Of a stretch of 64,000 nt of DNA, positions 22,506-33,897 are shown piece after piece. The notes beneath the pieces are model-generated. The model ran no database searches and was not told the origin of the DNA. It saw only the letters and a program-made list of their open reading frames with translations. Each line of letters starts with the position of its first letter. The first letter of the stretch is position 1. The stretch lies in assembly GCA_038087875.1 (NCBI GenBank), contig CM076000.1:1736001-1800000 (forward strand), written 5' to 3'. Origin of the DNA: Malacoraja senta (Eukaryota). Made by a program: the position numbers and the translations under genes.

Positions 22506-22765
22506 GGTGTGCAGGGAGGAACTGCAAATGTTGGTGTACATCGAGGACAGACACAAAAAGCTGGAATAACTCAGCGGGTCAGGCACATCTCTGGAGAAAA
22601 GGAATAGGTGACGTTTTGGGTCAAGACCTTTCTTCAGACTGAGAGTCTGATGAAATAAATGAAAGATATGCAAAAGGACAGATCAAGCCAGCAACAATGA
22701 TCAAGGAAAGGTGGAGCCCACAATGGTCCATTGTTGGCTGTGGGGTAGGTGATAACGAGTGATAA
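22506..22765 (-). mobile_element. Penelope-like terminal fragment with degenerate hammerhead motif
   Basis: GAACTGCAAATG..GCTGGAATAACTCAGCGGGTCAGGCA...GGTGACGTTTTGGGTCAAGACCTTTCTTCAGACT followed by a purine-rich tract. Confidence 0.7.
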
Positions 22766-22944
22766 AGTGGTCATGAAATGAGGGGTCATGATTAAATTAT
22801 ATAAAATAATGACGTGTAGATTATGGGTCTGCAACCATTGAAGTGGTTATCTCTCTTCTCAGAGACTGTTTTAGATGGTCTTTGACCAAAGATCATCTGA
22901 AAGTCTCTGAGCCCGGGGAACCACAAAGAACTTTGTGGAATCAA

Positions 22945-23140
22945 AGAAATTCAGAATGACCAAAAAATAGACACAAAGTGCTGGAGTAACATCGGGTCAG
23001 GCAGCATATCTGCAGAACACGGGTGGGTGACGTTTCGGGTTGGGACCCTTCTTCAAACTGGAAGTTACTCCAGCACTTTGTTTCTATCTTCAGTATGATA
23101 TCTTCAGTATATCTAGCTTCTGCAGTTTCTTTCTACACAA
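22945..23140. mobile_element. Penelope-like terminal fragments in inverted arrangement
   Basis: ACAAAGTGCTGGAGTAAC ... GTTACTCCAGCACTTTGT inverted arms; hammerhead-like motif at 23026-23059 (-). Confidence 0.7.
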
Positions 23141-23202
23141 ATTCAAAATTACATTGTTTTGAGGGCTGCTGCTTATACACAACAACATAATCAGGTTTAT
23201 TA

Positions 23203-23505
23203 GAGTCAAAGAGTGATACAGTGCGGAAACAGGCCCTTCGGCCTAACTTGTCCCAGGTACACTAATCCCACCTGCCTGCGTTTGGCCCATATCCCTCCAA
23301 ACTTGTCCTATCCATGTCTTACAATTTCTTAAACGTTGGGATAGTCCCAGCCTCAACTACTTCCTCTGGCAGCTTGTTCCATACACCCACCACTCTTTGT
23401 GTGAAAAAGTTACCCCTCAGATTCCTATTAAACCTTTTCCCCTTCACCTTGAACCTATGTCCTCTGGTCCTCGATAACCCTACTCAGGGTAAGAGATACC
23501 CGATT
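23203..23505 (-). mobile_element. CR1 3' fragment
   Basis: Reverse complement encodes RTRGHRFKVKGKRFNRNLRGNFFTQRVV, plus CR1 tail. Confidence 0.8.
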
Positions 23506-23559
23506 TATTCCTCTATTGTGCTGGGTTACATCTAGGAGAGGGGACTTGACCACCAAGGC

Positions 23560-23965
23560 AATTATCCGCACATGGCACAATCCTGCTGAGCACGAGAACA
23601 CGGTAAAGATGCCTTAAGGTCTGGCATCGCCCGGCGCGGCATTGGTGGCCGTGGGACTTGCTGGCGCTACCGGGGGCTACAAAATCAAGACCCGGAGCGT
23701 GGCCTTGCATCGCCCGGCGCGGCTTTAATCGCCGCGGGACATATCTACAATCGCCCGCCAGGGGCTTTGACTTTGACATCGGGAGGAGAATGTGGAGTGC
23801 AGGGGAGAGATAAGACTTTGCCTTCCATCACAGTGAGGAGGAGATTCACTGTGATGGATGTTTGTGTAAATTGTGTTGTGTCTTGGTTCTTTTTACTTGT
23901 TTGTATGACTGCAGAAACAGAATTTTGTTTGAACTTGGGTTCAAATGACAACAAATAAATATCTA
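23560..23965 (+). mobile_element. GC-rich retroposon family, 3' fragment
   Basis: Near-identical to 59630-59970 (CATCGCCCGGCGCGGC repeats, hairpins, AATGACAACAAATAAA). Confidence 0.8.
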
Positions 23966-23968
23966 TTA

Positions 23969-24380
23969 AGGGCCTGTCCCACTTTCACTTGGTAATTCAC
24001 GAATTCTCCCGAGTTTTCCCCTTGATTTAAACTCGCAGAATGTTCGTAACGAGTCCGTAGGAGGTCGTAGGAGTTCGTAGATATATTGTAGCGGCTCGTT
24101 ATGCTCGCCGTAGGAACTCGTGGCATCAGGTAAGTCGGGACTTTTTTCCAGCCCGATAAATAATGTCCATGAGTAAAAAAAATGGTCGGGATGAAAGAAA
24201 TTGCAACTTTTTACTCGTAAGGAGGGCATCGAAATAGTTGTGGGAATTTGTAGACATACTCTAGGAGTTCGTGAACATAGTCATGAAAGCTCGTAGGAGT
24301 TCGTAGATTACCACAATCTTGATTTTTTTTTTAGGCCTATAAACTTGGCAGAATTAAGTCGTGAAAGTGGGACAGGCCCT
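23969..24380. mobile_element. MITE with AGGGCCTGTCCCACTTTCAC TIRs (Harbinger-like)
   Basis: AGGGCCTGTCCCACTTTCAC ... GTGAAAGTGGGACAGGCCCT; internal (T)CGTAGGA repeats. Confidence 0.85.
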
Positions 24381-24842
24381 ATATACTGCTGTGATTTGAT
24401 CATGCCGAAATCAAAAATGGTAAGGAACGGGATAATGCCCACAGGGCCCGAACTTTGCTTCAATCTCCCTGCAAAATGTCCAATTATTCTGTCAATTAAT
24501 TGACATGACTTTCTCCTAGCTTTCTAATTAACTGGCATTGCGACTAAAATTGTTACAATTTAGGAAAGGTCCAGCACCGGAGGTCCACACTGCATAGAGA
24601 AATTAATTGGTTCTTTGGGGGATATGCTTGGTATTAGCAGAACCCAGCAAATCTCCTAGCAACGCAATAGACTGATTAAATTCATTATCTTACATGAGAT
24701 TGCAGAATTACTTCAGAGTGCGATTCTGGCAGAAGGCTGGTCTACTTAAACACTTTAGGAAGGGTGATCCTAAGAGATTCTTAACACAATTATCCGTTTG
24801 TTTCATTTGTTTGAAATTAACAGGGAGCTTATCAATGACATA

Positions 24843-25143
24843 GGCTTTTAGACTTTAGAGATACAGCATGGAAACAGGCCCTTCGACCCACCTTCTGTGC
24901 CAACCAATGATCACCCCGTACACTAACTCTATCCTATACACTAGGGCCAATTTACAATTTTAACAACCTACAAACCTGTACGTCTTTGAAGTGTGAGAGG
25001 AAAAGAGCACCCTGAGAAAACCCCACAGTCACAGGGAGAAAATACAAACTCCATACAGACAGCATCAGTAGCCAGGATTGAACCCGGCGCCAATCTCTGG
25101 TGCTTTAAGGCAGTTAAGTCTACCGCTGCGCCGCTGTGCCACT
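24843..25143 (-). mobile_element. HE1-like SINE
   Basis: Reverse complement has tRNA-like head and CR1-like tail (GGAAACAGGCCCTTCG). Confidence 0.8.
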
Positions 25144-25469
25144 CCACGAAATGGGGACATATGAGACTGCTGATGCTGTAATCTGGAGCAGAAACCAAAC
25201 TTTGGTTTGCATATCTGTACACAACTAGTTCAAAAGTCAGTTCAACTTCCTTTCCAGGCTGTCCATTTCCTCATCACTGAATTACCAATATTGTTTGAAC
25301 ACATTAGACCAGGCATATTTTGGTTTCATGGGTTTGGATTCCATATGGACTTCCAGGGAGATTTCAAGACTGATGTTAATTTTGAGACTTCAATGTTTAA
25401 ATGCGTGAGTGGACACCAGAACTTGGTATCAGTTTAACTCCACAATAATGGTGAGCATCAAAAGAAGTC

Positions 25470-25575
25470 ACAGATAGACACAAAGTGCTGGAGTAACTCA
25501 GCGGGTGAAGGCAGCATCTCTGGAGAAAAAGGATTGGTGACGCTTCGGGTCGGGACCCTTCTTCAGATTGAAAGT
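25470..25575 (-). mobile_element. Penelope-like terminal fragment with hammerhead-like motif
   Basis: Reverse complement CTGAAGAAGGGTCCCGACCCGAAGCGTC. Confidence 0.7.
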
Positions 25576-26734
25576 GGAGGAGAGAACCCATAGATTGGAC
25601 TTAAGCTTGGAATGTTCATTTGAGTCTGATGGAGAATGATCTATTCTATAGAAATGTCACAACCTGCAATTCTATAAACAACTACTTTTAAAGTGTGTAA
25701 CTTATTTTTATAGCACCTCGACTCTTCACCTCTAAATCAGCAATTCACTTTGAACACAACCATTAGACCAAACATCTTTTAAGTTTCATGGGCCTGAATT
25801 CCATGAGTATTCTCATGACAACAAAGTGGCTCTACTATTTGCTTTATTTCACTGAAAACCCAAGGTAAAAGACAGCAGTCTTTTCATAAACCTATTACTA
25901 ATGGTTATTTGGCTTTCAGCATCAGCAGTAACCAGTCCCATTAGACCGTCTTTGTTCTATGCTTTCTTGTGCATGTGACATGTGAAACATTGCCTGTTAT
26001 ACAGTTAACATTCCTGGCTGGTTTTCTTTACCACAGTTCACTGATCGCCAGTGGGATGACCCATAATGCCGAGGTCTATCATGACCTCTAAAACTGCCTT
26101 CAGTGCATTTCAAATATTTCTGTTAACAAAGAAAATCACCAGCCCAGAAAATGAACTGGCTTTTTATCCCAAGATGCTTCAATATCATTATAAATTCAAA
26201 CTTGCCAGATGCCAAAGATAACTCTGAAGCTCACTATGGTTGGGTTCAGAAGAATGCTATTTTTGTGTGGATAGATTACAATTGTTTCCATATAAATTAA
26301 AACGTGCAACAAAGGACCGTTTATAACACTCAGTTAACACTTGAATGTAAAATCAATACACCTTTATTTATAAGGCATGTTGGGACAAAAGAATGGTAAT
26401 GACTTAATGTTGCAAGCTAAATGTTTAAAAATAGAGATGTGATTTTAACTCATAAAGTTACTAATAGATCACCAATTCAATCATTGCAGGACTATTAAAG
26501 AACAATAAAGCTTCATTAAACACCTAAGACTGATACTATTCTTTTGGAGTCAATATTTTCTTTTTTGTTATCTTAAACTCTGGGACCAGTTAATGCTTGG
26601 CCATTTTGGTCTTCCTTTCAAGGATGGGTCCATCCTAATTATTATCATTGGTAATTCAGATGGATTGATATTGAATTACTGTTGTGAGAAAGGCTGTAAG
26701 GTCCCTTAGTTTTTTCTTTAACAAAGCTTCTATA

Positions 26735-27045
26735 TGAGTTTTAAAGATACAGTGTGGAAACAGGCCCTTTGGCCCACTGAGTCCACATTGACTATCGATC
26801 ACCCATTCTCACTAGTTCTATGCTATCCTACTTTTTCATCCACTCCCTGCACACTAAAGGCAATTTACAGAGACCAATTAACCTACAGCTCCCGCACATG
26901 TTTGGATTGTGGGTGGAAACCAGAGAACCCAGAGAAAATCCACGCGGTCACAGGGAGAATGTGCATGCACCACACAGACAGCACGTGAGGTCGGGATTGA
27001 ACCTGGGTCTCTGGCGCTGTGAGGCAACAGCTCTACCAACTGCCT
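26735..27045 (-). mobile_element. HE1-like SINE
   Basis: Colinear with the other SINE copies. Confidence 0.8.
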
Positions 27046-27069
27046 ATATAATAGTAGAGCAGCGGATGG

Positions 27070-27420
27070 GATAGAATTCTATAGGCATAGATAGGGTAGA
27101 CAGTCAAACCAGGATGGAATGTCAAATACTACACGGCATAGCTTTAAGGTGAGAAGAGCAAAGTTTAAAGGAGATGTGCAGGGCAAGATTATTTTTTACA
27201 AAGAGGGTGATGAGTGCCTAGAACACACAGCCAGAGAGGTAGTGGAGTCAGATATGACAGAGACATTTAATAAGACCTTTAGATTGGCACATAGAAATGC
27301 AGAGAATGGAGGGATATGGATTATGTGCAGGCAGACAAGTATTGGTCTTAGCATCATTTTGGCATAAACATTGTGGGCCAAAGGGGCTGTTCCTATACTG
27401 TTCTGTTCTATGTTCTATGA
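27070..27420 (+). mobile_element. CR1 3' fragment
   Basis: TTRHSFKVRRAKFKGDVQGK and (TTCTATG)n tail. Confidence 0.75.
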
Positions 27421-27454
27421 ACAGTTAAGTGTTGAGAATAACATTTCTATAGAA

Positions 27455-28180
27455 GTGAGATACAGCGAGGAAACAGGCCCTTCAGCCCACCAAGTCAGGG
27501 CCGACCACCGATCACATTGAACACTAACACTATCCTACATACTGGGGACAATTTAACAACTTACCAAAGCCAATTAACCTACAAAACTGTGCGTCTTTGG
27601 AATGTGGGAGGAAACCGGAGCACCCAGAGAAAGCCCACACGGTCACAAACTCTGTGTAGACAGCACCCATAGTCATGATCAAACCTGGGGAGACACAAAA
27701 AGCTGGAGTAACTCAGCGGGACAGGCAGCATCTCTGGAGAGAAGGAAAGGATGACGTTTCAGGTCAAGCATCTGCAGTTCCTTCTTACATAAACCTGGGT
27801 CTCTGGCACTGTAAGGCAGCAACTCTACCGCTGTAAGGTAGCAACTCTAAAGGGCCTGTCCCACTGTACGAGGTAATTCAAGAGCTCTCCCGAGTTAAAA
27901 AAAAATCAAACTCGTGGTAAGTATGTAGAATGTACGTAGCGCCTACGTCGGAGCTCGCGGATGTCTCGTAGCGGCTCGTAATGCTAACGGCAGGTACTCG
28001 GGAAACGCGGTAACTCGTGAAGTTTGTTCAGCACAGTGAAAAATGTCCACGAGAGCCCCGAGTTCCTACGAACGGCTATTACCGTAATTCGCCGAGTTCG
28101 AATCAGAGGAAATTCGGGAGAACTCTTGAATTACCTCGTACAGTGGGACAGGCCCTTTACACTGCGGGATTGTGCCACCC
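27455..28180 (-). mobile_element. HE1-like SINE interrupted by a Penelope-like fragment (~27690-27790) and a MITE
   Basis: SINE body resumes after each insertion; AAACCTGGG is duplicated around the Penelope-like piece. Confidence 0.75.
27850..28157. mobile_element. MITE, 308 bp, AAGGGCCTGTCCCACTGTACGAGGTAATTCAAGAG TIRs
   Basis: Near-perfect ~45-bp TIRs; TA on both sides (27848-49, 28158-59) within the SINE sequence CAACTCTA|C. Confidence 0.9.
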
Positions 28181-28202
28181 AAAAAAAACACATCCATTTT
28201 TT

Positions 28203-28340
28203 TGTGTAGGAAATAACTGCAGATACAGGTTTACACCAAAGATAGACACAAAATGCTGGAGTAACTCAGCGGGACAGGCAGTATCTCTGGATAGAACGAA
28301 TAGGTGACGTTTGAGTCGGGATCCTTCTTGAGACTGAGTC
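28203..28340 (-). mobile_element. Penelope-like terminal fragment
   Basis: TGTGTAGGAAATAACTGCAGAT...ATGCTGGAGTAACTCAGCGGGACAGGCAG. Confidence 0.7.
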
Positions 28341-29369
28341 TCCAGTGTTTTGGGTCTAACATAAATGTTTTTGTTATATTTGCATAGGTTCTTAACTTTG
28401 TCATCAGTGTGAATTTATATTTGAGATGATGGCATTGCCTGATTCTCACTTTATGTTCATAAGGTATTTTAACTGAATCATTACAGTGCTACAAGATGGT
28501 ATTTGCTGGTCACTGGAGGTGCCTTCAGCTAATAGAAGGATGCTTGGTATTTGTACTTTTAACCAGTGCCATTCACTGCAACAATAATCTTTCATCATCT
28601 TCTTTAATCACAGAAATTGCATTAAATGTTTGAATACGTCATAATGGGTTTTAGTGAAATGTAATACATTTTCTAGGTTACAATACATCTATTCCCTTGT
28701 ATTCTCTCTGATAGCAAGTTGTTACTTATAGTTTAAAAGATAGAATGATACATTAAATGATTTATAAAAATATCAGGAACAGTTAGGAACATTGTGATCC
28801 ACGCCTAATAAAATTTTAGTCAGAATTTGCTTAAGCAAATGATCTTTGTGGAAGCTTGATTGAGTAATATTAACATTTTACAGATATACAATAGATAGAT
28901 AATAGATAGATATAGACAGATAATAAATAGGAAGACAGATAGATAGAAAGGACTATTGTAATAAGATAGAGGATGTGCAATGATTACACTGAATGGTGAA
29001 GCATACTCAAAGGACTGAATGGCTCCTATATTTCTATGCTTTTAAGCTTCTCAGAGGAAATGCTAATTTCTGAGTGAAACATGACTAACGAAGAAAGGAG
29101 ATGACTTACAGGTGAAGCGTGTGCTCCTAGTTTGCACTCCTTCTTCCGTCCAATGATGCTCTGCAGCTGAAATCAGATTAGGAGACTCAGTAACTTAAAA
29201 TGTTTCATTTTGTTTTTGCTTAATCATAGCATCGATACAACAGCACTCAGAGATTACGTTCACATTCCAGCAAAATATGGGCAGGATTTTCACACGGGAT
29301 GAAAGAAACACAAAGATAATATTCACTTTAGGATCCACGGATAAGATTGAACAAAACATTTTTGAACAG

Positions 29370-29555
29370 TAGAAACAAGGAACTGCAGATAATGGTTTAC
29401 AAAAGAAGACACAGAGTGCTGGAGTAGCTGGATGAGTCAGACAGCATCTCAGGAGAACATGGGTCTGACGAAGGGTCCTGACCCAAAACATCGCCTATCC
29501 AAGTTCTCCTGAGATGCTGCCTTACCTGCTGAGTTACAGTCGTACCTTGTGTCAT
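29370..29555. mobile_element. Inverted pair of Penelope-like terminal fragments
   Basis: CAGCATCTCAGGAGAAC / GTTCTCCTGAGATGCTG arms; CTGACGAAGGGTCCTGACCCAAAACATC at 29465. Confidence 0.7.
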
Positions 29556-30349
29556 CATTTTTTGAACAGTTTTGTCTTTTAAGATAAAAATAGAAAATAC
29601 TGGAAACACAAACAGGTTAGGCGGCATCTGAGCAAAGAGAAACAATAATTGACTTTTTAGGTTGGAGAATCTTAGACCTGAAATGATAATTCTGTTTCTC
29701 TTTGCTCAGGCTCCCTGGCCTGCTGAGCGTTCAAGCCTTTTCTGTTTTTATTTGGGATTTCCAGCATCTGCAGTTTTTAAAAATTATTTTTCATTTTGAG
29801 GATGTATGCAGTTTGATGAAAACATTACATTCAGCTATGTGTAAGGTAGTCTAAATAGGAAAAGCAGAAACCAATCATTTTTCAGCACTTTTCAAGACTG
29901 TACATTAAATTTACACTCAAACTCCATTACAAGGTCACGAGACCAGCAAACTGTAAGTAATAATCTGACATTAATATTAGCTAGTTTGTCAAGGGAAACA
30001 GTGAACATTTACAAATGAATTTTAGTAGATGTTTATCACATACATTGTGGTAATTATATTTGTATGGACCCCAAAACAGAAATTCAACATTGATTGTCCG
30101 GTGTGTGTGATGAAGCAGGCGAATGGAGGAAGATTTAAACTGATCCCAACCCATTGGATATCCACCTGTTGCCTCTTTCGCAATGTTAGACATTGACACT
30201 CCAAAGTCAGGAGCCAGATATAAAGTTTCACAAAAGTGAACACATTTTCCTGGGATCCAGGAAGGTGAAAGGGATGCCAAGCATACCCACAATATTGCTG
30301 CCATTTTAAGCACTTTGTATGATCCATTTGTAGTTTTTAGGCAATGGAC

Positions 30350-30580
30350 CATCGATCCTCGATACACTAGTTCCATGTCCTACACACTAGGAGCAATTTA
30401 CAGAAGCCAATTAACCTACAAACCCACACACCTTTGGGATGTGGGATGAAACCGGAGACCCCGGAAAAACCCACGCGAACATAGGGAGAATATACAAACC
30501 CCACACAGACAGCACCCGAGGTCAGGATTGAACCCAGGTCTCTGGTGCTGTGAGGCAGCAGCTCTACTGCTGCACTGCCC
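30350..30580 (-). mobile_element. HE1-like SINE (partial)
   Basis: CAATTAACCTACAAACC...GGTCAGGATTGAACCCAGGTCTCTGG. Confidence 0.8.
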
Positions 30581-32449
30581 TATGCTGGCCTTTCCAGCAA
30601 TGCTCACTTCTTGAAAAAGAAACAATTTTTAAATAGAAGATGCTCCATTGTATTTTTGTTTCTGCCTGGGATATCTCTAAGTTTACAGTTTGTTTGGATA
30701 TACCTGCACAGATTCAAATGCTGTTGGGTAGGAAAATCCATGCAAATCAAAATCGATAAAAAATATTTAAAAATAAAACCTTGATGTCTAAAGTCAAAAA
30801 AGTGGAATTTGAACAATGGGTTCATTCGTAGAATGTTCAGAAGATCATTAATATTATTCCCCTCAATAGATTTTTTACCATAGGTTTCTCCTTTAATGAT
30901 AATCACAAAAATGGTCAGTGGCATTTTGTGAATTTCATTACATTTAAACATTTCATGTTCTGACTACATCTCATCTGCTTTTGCTTTTTTAATTGAGGTT
31001 AATATCTGTGCAATCCTCATTGTTTTTCATTATAAAAACAAGGAAATTGTTGCAACTGCATGTATCTGACCAGATGCAAGCCTTTTACAACAGTTGCACC
31101 AGTATCTCAAATGTTCAATTGTACTGACTTGCGATATTGTTTCCAAAAGTTTACTGCTTTCATATGGAAGAAAAACATTTACTGCTATTCAGTTCCAGAT
31201 TTCTGACATACCTTTTAATGAAAGTTGCACTTTTCCTCATTTGAGCAGCATTAATACAAAAAAGGAAGCATTGTTATTTAAACCATAGAATAACCATTGT
31301 GGTGTTAGATGATGTACCCTAATTGGCAAACGGATTTGTATGCATAGACATCTTAAAAGTTAATTTCATGTCTTTCCAATAAACATTCATTTTCAAGCAT
31401 TTCTCAAAATGTCTGCTTCTCTTTTAGATTTTAAAGAAATGCAGTTAAAATGGCCATAGGCTTTAGAGGAAATCCTATGATAGGTTATGACAGTAGACCT
31501 GCAATTGTAATCACCTGGCTCAGTAATCCAATTGTCTGCTACACAAATATATAGGTACTTTTTTCATGCAAAGTAAAACCAGAAACATATCATTCATCAA
31601 GTCTATATACCATGCTTTACATTCTCCTCAACCTACCGGTACTTCACATTGGCTTAGTGGCATAAACTATCTTTTTTTTTTCTTTGTGTACTTATCCAGC
31701 TTCTCCTTAAATGTTATTTACCCTTTAAGAAAAATAAATATGATGTAGACTTTGAAAAAATACCACGCATCTTCGAAAGTTTTACCTGGTGTATTAGATA
31801 ATTTTATCAGTATTTGTACATCAACTATTTTTCAATGAAGTGTAACACTTAGGTAAATTTAGATAAAGAAGTAAACTAGCTATTCAATGTTTCAAAAAGT
31901 GAACTTTAATCTTAATTACAAAATGGCAAATCTATTATAAATACCAAATATTTCTATCATCATCCTTTAACTCTGTAACTCAGATTGCCAATTTGAATCT
32001 AGGAGGAAAAAAATATTATGTAGGTCCCCAGTTGACTGAATTTTATTTGAGTCTGTCTAAACTCATATCATTCAGAGAATTACTGACAGTAGTGAGAAGT
32101 AACTGTCATCCTATTAATCTGCCTTAAATTGAAATCCAGATCCCAGTGGTTAAAATCAGTATTCACCATGCTACTTTTTAAATGATGAAAACATTTTCAC
32201 AGCGCAAGAACAATTAGAGCCATAGAATTCTCAAGGTTCAAATATGTCCTAATTGGAAAAAATATATATTATTAACAATAATAGAATGCCAGAATAATCT
32301 TCATGGATTTATGAGGAGAGGCTCTGGTGAATACTTAGCTTGTTCTGCAGCCAACTTTTGTCACTCATTCACTTAGATGTGTATGTTTTTTGTGAAACTG
32401 TAAGGATACACTTATTCAGAGAAGCCGTGCAGACTCGGTCTCTTTGCTT

Positions 32450-33400
32450 TATAAAACAGAAGATCAAGGGTGACCTGTTGGGGGTCTTTAAGATTAAGGA
32501 AGAGTTTGATAGGATATCTGCAGGAAAAATGTTTCCACATGTTGTGGGAGGCTAAAATTGCAGGCCATAAATGTAAAGGCAGTCACAATAAATCCAGAAG
32601 AGAATTCAGGAGAAAGGTTAGAATGTGGAACTCTCAGAGTTAGCATGTGAAACTAAGTAATCTGGGGAACAATTGAGGTGAATAGCATGAATCCATTTAA
32701 GAGGAAGCTAGGTATGTTCAAAGGGTTAGATGACAAGGGATGGGTGAAACTTGTGCAGTTAATTCCATCCAATTTAATTCCACCATCTCCCTCAACTTTA
32801 TAGGACTGTCGGGCTGCATTTGGAGTATTATGTGCAGTTCTGGTCACCCCACTACAGGAAGGACGTGGAACCTTTGGACACGGTTTAGAAAAGGTTTACC
32901 ACAATGTGGATAGATACAAAGTGCTGGAGTAACTTAGAGGTTCAGGCAGCATCTGGTGTAAAATTAGGTGACGTTTCGGATCAAGACTTCTTCAGACTGG
33001 TACCTAGACACCTGGATTTGAGGGTATTACCTATAAGGAGAGGTTGGACAAACATCTTTGGATATCCTGGAGTGTCGGAGTATATAAAATGATGATAGGT
33101 AGAGGTACGGTAGACAGAACCTTTTCCCTCAGGGTGGAAATGTGAAAAATGTAGAGGGCATAGCTTTAAAGTGAGAGAAGCAAAGCCTAAAGGAGATGTA
33201 CAGGGCAAGTTTTTTTTGGTGGGTGCCTGGAACATGCTGCCAGGAGTGATGATGGTGGTAGAAACGATAATGCCATTTAAGAGTCCTTTAGATAGGCACA
33301 GGGATATGCAAGGAATGGAGGGATATGGATCACATGCTGGAATCATGTTTGGCATGGACATTGTGGGCTGAAGGGCATGTACCTGTATTGGACTGTTTGA
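32450..33400 (+). mobile_element. Old CR1 3' fragments with Penelope-like insert at ~32905-33000
   Basis: GAGTATTATGTGCAGTTCTGGTCACC, GGGCATAGCTTTAAAGTGAGAG, CR1 tail; hammerhead-like motif at 32967-32998 (-). Confidence 0.7.
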
Positions 33401-33599
33401 TGCAGAACAATGCTATCCAAGAGGATTGGTCGAAGAACTGACTTGAAAACTTGTCATAAAGATCAGGACACCAAATTCATGATGTTCTGATTTTCCTGTT
33501 ATTGATTTTAATGTAGCTTTTGAAATTATAGTGTTTCCAAAAAATCATTTATTTTCGTCAGCGATGAACTTTCATCTCGAGATTCTGACTGCAAAGGAG

Positions 33600-33897
33600 T
33601 CGGAATTACACCATTACACCTTACACCATTACGACTCCGGACTGTCAAAGCTGCCATAGCCAGACATAAAAACAGCTTTTTTCCACGAGTAGTAGCTCCA
33701 CTCAATAACCAAAAATCTGTAGCCTCTTTTTGCTCAGGTATTTTATTTAATTCACAAGTTTAATCGATAATGTTTTATTATTAATGTTTAATAATAAAAC
33801 ATCCTGACTGTCACTGTATGTCATGTTGTCACTTGCGGGCAGAGCACCAAGGCAAATTCCTTGTATGTGAATACTTGGCCAATAAACTTATTCATTT
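33600..33897 (+). mobile_element. Rex1/Babar-type 3' fragment
   Basis: Encodes RLRTVKAAIARHKNSFFPRVV; tail CAAATTCCTTGTATGTGAATACTTGGCCAATAAA. Confidence 0.6.
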
